In this document: piece by piece, positions 18,601 through 21,302 of the stretch | Numbering within the stretch: position 1 is the stretch's first letter | Layout: each line of letters opens with the position of its first letter | Origin: Chlamydiae bacterium RIFCSPHIGHO2_12_FULL_49_11 | Lineage (GTDB): Bacteria > Chlamydiota > Chlamydiia > Chlamydiales > 2-12-FULL-49-11 | NCBI GenBank assembly: GCA_001794905.1 | Contig: MGLW01000005.1 | Coordinates: forward strand, 16,127-37,428 | Direction: 5' to 3' | Length of the DNA: 21,302 nucleotides | Program-made: the position numbers and the translations under genes | The notes under the pieces: model-generated | Databases searched by the model: none | What the model saw: only the letters and a program-made list of their open reading frames with translations | Told to the model about the DNA's origin: nothing

Positions 18601-19348
18601 CCAGCAGAAAAAATTTGACCTTCTTCAAAGGTTTATGCAAGATGCCAAAAGCGGGAATTTTTCTATTGCCGAAGCCATGGCCTTTGTTAAATTCCTGAAC
18701 GATCCCGAATTTATATATTGGCAGAATTCCAATTGGGCATGGCAAGGTTCTAACATTGTGTATAAAAACGCCGCTGGAACCTGGATGCGACAAGGCACCG
18801 GTTCATCAAATTCTTTAGGATATCTCGTAGCTACTGCACTGGCAGGCACTAGTCCAATTGTCATTGCAGGCGTAACATATAACAGCGGTTACCTTAAAAT
18901 GTTCCAGACTTACGCTACAGGTCTGAAAACAAACGACCCCTTCTTCCAGGCCAATCCTGCAACGGCAGACCAGCTTGCCTCCACTTTGGGCTCGTTAATT
19001 ACCGACCTGCAGGCCGCTCCCTCTCCATATGGGGGAAATTTGGCAAATACGCCGTATAGCATTTATATTTGGGCGGACCCTACCAAGTTTGGAAAGACAC
19101 TGGAACCGGGCAGCGGCGCAAATGATACTCCTACAACACCTGACGCTCCCACTCAGCAGTATCTCAGTACCGTCACGAGTGATTTGAACCAGCTCCAAAC
19201 GATCGTGAGCGGTGCGAGCCAGGTGCTCAACGCCCAGCAGCAACAGGAAGGTCAGCTCTTCAATACGAAGATGGCAGTGTTGAAGGAATTTATCCAGTTA
19301 ATATTACAAATGATGCAAGTATTTCAACAAAATCTAGTAAACAGATAA
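15674..19348 (+). CDS. Hypothetical 1224-aa N/S/T/G/A/Q-rich protein with degenerate internal repeats and C-terminal helical module; candidate type III-secreted structural protein
   Basis: Uninterrupted ORF, no Sec signal peptide, no Cys seen, low charge; C-terminal amphipathic helices shared with downstream genes. Confidence 0.9.
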   Translation: MSVILDPNNVQSYRDAITALVSGPSPNSMLGLANQLLDQTQLPLLTSIVGDFLPELENSGIFTPNVSWIQQVQNVNNIGFLGGEALINAMISAVRFGALQIFDITYPPLSLTGDGSYSNSDPNYPTFGSRPAQSKVLPGYAAGLTVPTGWNAGNVPDDFEPGNDNRATDWQKMSYLDALNNAYIDTFKNVVSTAYATNNMSLITAFLNTPHSDISVRDASGASFLYTFKGSPALLAQFDGWKSYQSKIGLASMALGIMQPAAIGSFGVTYDTLGMFGGAAAVWRRAVYTYLYGDANTVGAIYDSNISAATLYANVLSAFTTNQTSGEALAWQKAAQAQQLYSIFYQVRNDFGRRIKTNTELFGELLQFFNLMNDPTFLDLTTFGQAGGFQHKGFFGIHSEDNGPMTGENLPTATGSNNAQARGPGWWTSSPYDSAFNLINELMRNLGSTDSAVMGATLPPNLNNLILGEYFDNSGNLAQGTLPFETQKSLILDWIRNNYINQWVNDETITRAQLLTNITNSTSMGAIWSYFDSATVTDIQNRLIQSRSSLILAVADQIRNVKNLSTLTTQTIVITINSVPGQGYNKLVIPKGMNLANILFELGQAVYNPDYFATTNTSNHIYFINANSSLTSSQLSDPTVAITADQLSSNRTLLLYGQVANLGNAIKQVLLQMTPAGADVGYDVIFAKSVQQQQIFFYLESIRQNMAGMPSYLGMSSAPNTNTTGRYSFSDFLGLISVLSSPLFYDASIISSGGSTRYFQGYLVGGTFNSQNTESGSITSNNYPNIPRWSGEVPFNWWYNNESFNRLTAARTDQTQGATTAFGYWAEQLFLNYYQGLNTTLRQPSTAANQELRNQILSAKNGFDYEIHNTQINQSLSNDPMTIITKILFNSTSVSNLKLGMQAAMTNKVNALSANTVPQLSDIVLERGEVLAVAQLVQSGIGEPSGTYATIDAYIAAIRLSLSSDANRTAFDTAISQQKKFDLLQRFMQDAKSGNFSIAEAMAFVKFLNDPEFIYWQNSNWAWQGSNIVYKNAAGTWMRQGTGSSNSLGYLVATALAGTSPIVIAGVTYNSGYLKMFQTYATGLKTNDPFFQANPATADQLASTLGSLITDLQAAPSPYGGNLANTPYSIYIWADPTKFGKTLEPGSGANDTPTTPDAPTQQYLSTVTSDLNQLQTIVSGASQVLNAQQQQEGQLFNTKMAVLKEFIQLILQMMQVFQQNLVNR

Positions 19349-19358
19349 GGAGAAACAA

Positions 19359-19583
19359 ATGTTACCGGGAATCAACTCGAAAGATGAAGCAAAGCTTCCT
19401 TCCAATTTGAGCGCGTTTAATAATCCGCGGCTCACAGCTGCCCTTGCCACCTTGGCTTCCTTATTGTATGCAGCGCGGGAATACCAAAATATCGGGGATC
19501 GTATCAATTCCATTTCCAAAGAGGATATGGAAGTATTCATAGAGATATTTGCCGCTCCCCAAGAGGAACAAGGGGGAGAATAA
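19359..19583 (+). CDS. Small hypothetical helical protein (74 aa)
   Basis: SD TAAGGAG overlapping the upstream stop; fills the gap between co-oriented genes (10 and 2 nt spacers). Confidence 0.8.
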   Translation: MLPGINSKDEAKLPSNLSAFNNPRLTAALATLASLLYAAREYQNIGDRINSISKEDMEVFIEIFAAPQEEQGGE

Positions 19584-19585
19584 CC

Positions 19586-20368
19586 ATGGTGGTAGAAAAT
19601 GATCTAGCCATTCATGCAGCTCAAACGGCACAAAACGATTTTGCCAAAGCGCTGCTTCTTGCCGCTTATGCCACGTATGTTGCCATGTACGTTACCGCAC
19701 AGCAGCATAGCAGAGGCCGCGTCGTCATCGATGAAATCGCGAAGTGGCAACAGACGCTCCAAGAGCTGGACGGAACAACCACCTCGGGCGCAAATCGCTA
19801 TTTTGCCAATTCCATCCTGTACTGGAAAGAGCAAACGTTCAATGTCAACAACGGGCTTCCCCTCCCTTACAGACAGGCCCGGCTTAACCATCTGTTCGCA
19901 GAATATCAGCATTGGTTCAATGAATATACGAGAACTTTTCTTGCATTCAGTTGGGGAGAACCGGACAAAACGATAGGACGACAGATAAATAATGAAGCGG
20001 TTTCACGCTTGAATACTCTTACCGGTCAATTGAGGGGCGATAGTGCCGAATTTGGCGTCGCTGATGCACTAAATCCGGATGTGGTCCTAAGCGAGGATGC
20101 ATTCTATTTTTTTCGTCTAAGACCAAACCCCACCACAGCTGCCAGGACAGCCCAGGTCAACACGTTCACCCAGTATTGCACGAGCGTATTGCAAATGTTT
20201 AACCAAGCCCAAAGTAACGCCTCCTTTACGCACGGGACGGGGATGTCTACGGCATCCTCGATGCTTTCGAGTGAATTGAAACGGATGGGGTCGTTGGAAA
20301 GTTTAACAAGAGCTCTCATCTCCACACAAAATCCGAGGTTTTTAAGCGGATTTGGAGCGAGAGGATAA
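19586..20368 (+). CDS. Hypothetical 260-aa helical protein, candidate T3SS filament/tip-like subunit
   Basis: SD GGGGGAG; N-terminal apolar helix; C-terminal module aligning ungapped to the 1224-aa protein. Confidence 0.85.
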   Translation: MVVENDLAIHAAQTAQNDFAKALLLAAYATYVAMYVTAQQHSRGRVVIDEIAKWQQTLQELDGTTTSGANRYFANSILYWKEQTFNVNNGLPLPYRQARLNHLFAEYQHWFNEYTRTFLAFSWGEPDKTIGRQINNEAVSRLNTLTGQLRGDSAEFGVADALNPDVVLSEDAFYFFRLRPNPTTAARTAQVNTFTQYCTSVLQMFNQAQSNASFTHGTGMSTASSMLSSELKRMGSLESLTRALISTQNPRFLSGFGARG

Positions 20369-20383
20369 TAAAAAGGATAAAAC

Positions 20384-20854
20384 ATGTCACAACCCACAGT
20401 ACAAGAAGCAAAGGCTTTTGAGCTCGCTTCCCTGGTAACCCAGCTCAAGAACGGAACTATCGATCCCCTCCTTCGCATGGGTGTTCTGGTCTCGCTGTTT
20501 GCCAAGTTGCAGCAACTGGCAGCCGAAGCCCACAATAAAGCATCCGATTCATTGCATGGCTGGCTTGAAACGATCCAAGGGTGGTATAGCGCCGTGATCG
20601 GCCCGGGGACAAAACCATGGGCCAACAATGCCAGCGTCGGCGATAGCACCCAGAAAAACCTCGTTGCACAGCAGGTCAGCAACCTTTTAGGGGTTGTAAA
20701 CAGCAACCAGGGTTCAGAGCAAACGGCGGCACAAGCGGTAGCAAAAACGATAGACACTGCCCAGCAGTCGATATCCGACCAGACAAGCAGCTACACGCAA
20801 ACGGCTCAAATAGTCACCAGAAAATTCGACCCGAGCACGGTTGGATTAGGCTAA
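20384..20854 (+). CDS. Hypothetical 156-aa Q/S/T/A-rich helical protein (EspA/SseB- or DUF720-like architecture)
   Basis: SD AAGGA; N-terminal apolar helix, short linker, long Q/S/T-rich C-terminal helix. Family assignment is inference only. Confidence 0.85.
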   Translation: MSQPTVQEAKAFELASLVTQLKNGTIDPLLRMGVLVSLFAKLQQLAAEAHNKASDSLHGWLETIQGWYSAVIGPGTKPWANNASVGDSTQKNLVAQQVSNLLGVVNSNQGSEQTAAQAVAKTIDTAQQSISDQTSSYTQTAQIVTRKFDPSTVGLG

Positions 20855-20879
20855 AACAACAAGGTAAAAAAGGAAATAT

Positions 20880-21302
20880 ATGAGACATACCAGTCTTCAC
20901 GGAACTTCCGAAGTATACAAAATCGGCACGGTAGAGACCCGCTTACATGGGGCATCGATTTCCCTCCTTGCTGCCCTGATTATGGCCATTATGGCCAGCA
21001 ATGAAAATCAGATGAGCCAGTCGGAGGCGCAGTCGCTCCTATTCGAAAGCATCACGATGAATGATTCCAATGGAGTTGCCCAAACCGTGACTGTGCTTGA
21101 TTTGCTGCAAGAGGCGGCCAGCAGCAACGTGACGGCGACAACCCAAAGCCTCCAAAAGTATATCAATTCCTTAGACCAAATGCACCTTTTTGAAGCATTG
21201 AAGTGGCTCACTTTCGGCTTGACGCTGGTTGCCGGTATGGCTTCTGTGATATTCACCATGGGCGCGGGAGCTGCCGTGGCTACTATGCTTATCACCGGCC
21301 TT
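20880..21302 (+). CDS. Candidate type III translocator (SctE/CopB/SseC-like), 5' part
   Basis: Not in the ORF track (open to window end). SD AAGGA, ATG 20880; MRHTSLHG...SISLLAALIMAIMASNENQ...LQKYINSLDQMHLFEALKWLTFGLTLVAGMASVIFTMGAGAAVATMLITGL: a polar helix followed by a Gly/Ala-rich hydrophobic hairpin. Confidence 0.75.
   Translation, partial: MRHTSLHGTSEVYKIGTVETRLHGASISLLAALIMAIMASNENQMSQSEAQSLLFESITMNDSNGVAQTVTVLDLLQEAASSNVTATTQSLQKYINSLDQMHLFEALKWLTFGLTLVAGMASVIFTMGAGAAVATMLITGL

Noticed and set aside
15674-19348. Pmp/autotransporter or RTX toxin identity for the 1224-aa protein
   Set aside because: No signal peptide, no repeated GGAI/FxxN arrays, no C-terminal beta-barrel ending in Phe and no GGxGxD repeats; the C-terminus is helical.
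20104-20757. 217-aa minus-strand ORF
   Set aside because: Antisense to two operon genes that have good SD sites and shared motifs.
21008-21295. 95-aa minus-strand ORF
   Set aside because: Antisense to the SD-supported plus-strand ORF starting at 20880.

Overview
Chlamydial (phylum Chlamydiota, probably an environmental lineage) chromosomal window. The left two-thirds carries the conserved chlamydial block pckG(partial)-mreB-SWI/SNF2 helicase <> tRNA-Gly-tig-clpP-clpX. A 955-aa orphan with two HEPN-like C-terminal modules sits between mreB and the helicase, flanked by two decayed copies of a small cassette that may derive from a GxxExxY gene; one copy lies inside 31-bp inverted repeats. After clpX come an AAA_14/DUF4143 ATPase and an effector-like orphan with a probable one-base frameshift near its 3' end. 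A divergent, tightly packed five-gene operon of unannotated proteins (1224, 74, 260, 156 and >141 aa) follows. Three of these share an ungapped ~63-aa C-terminal helical module and the last resembles a type III translocator (SctE class), suggesting an undescribed type III secretion filament/tip plus translocon locus. Family calls for orphan genes rest on by-eye motif recognition only.
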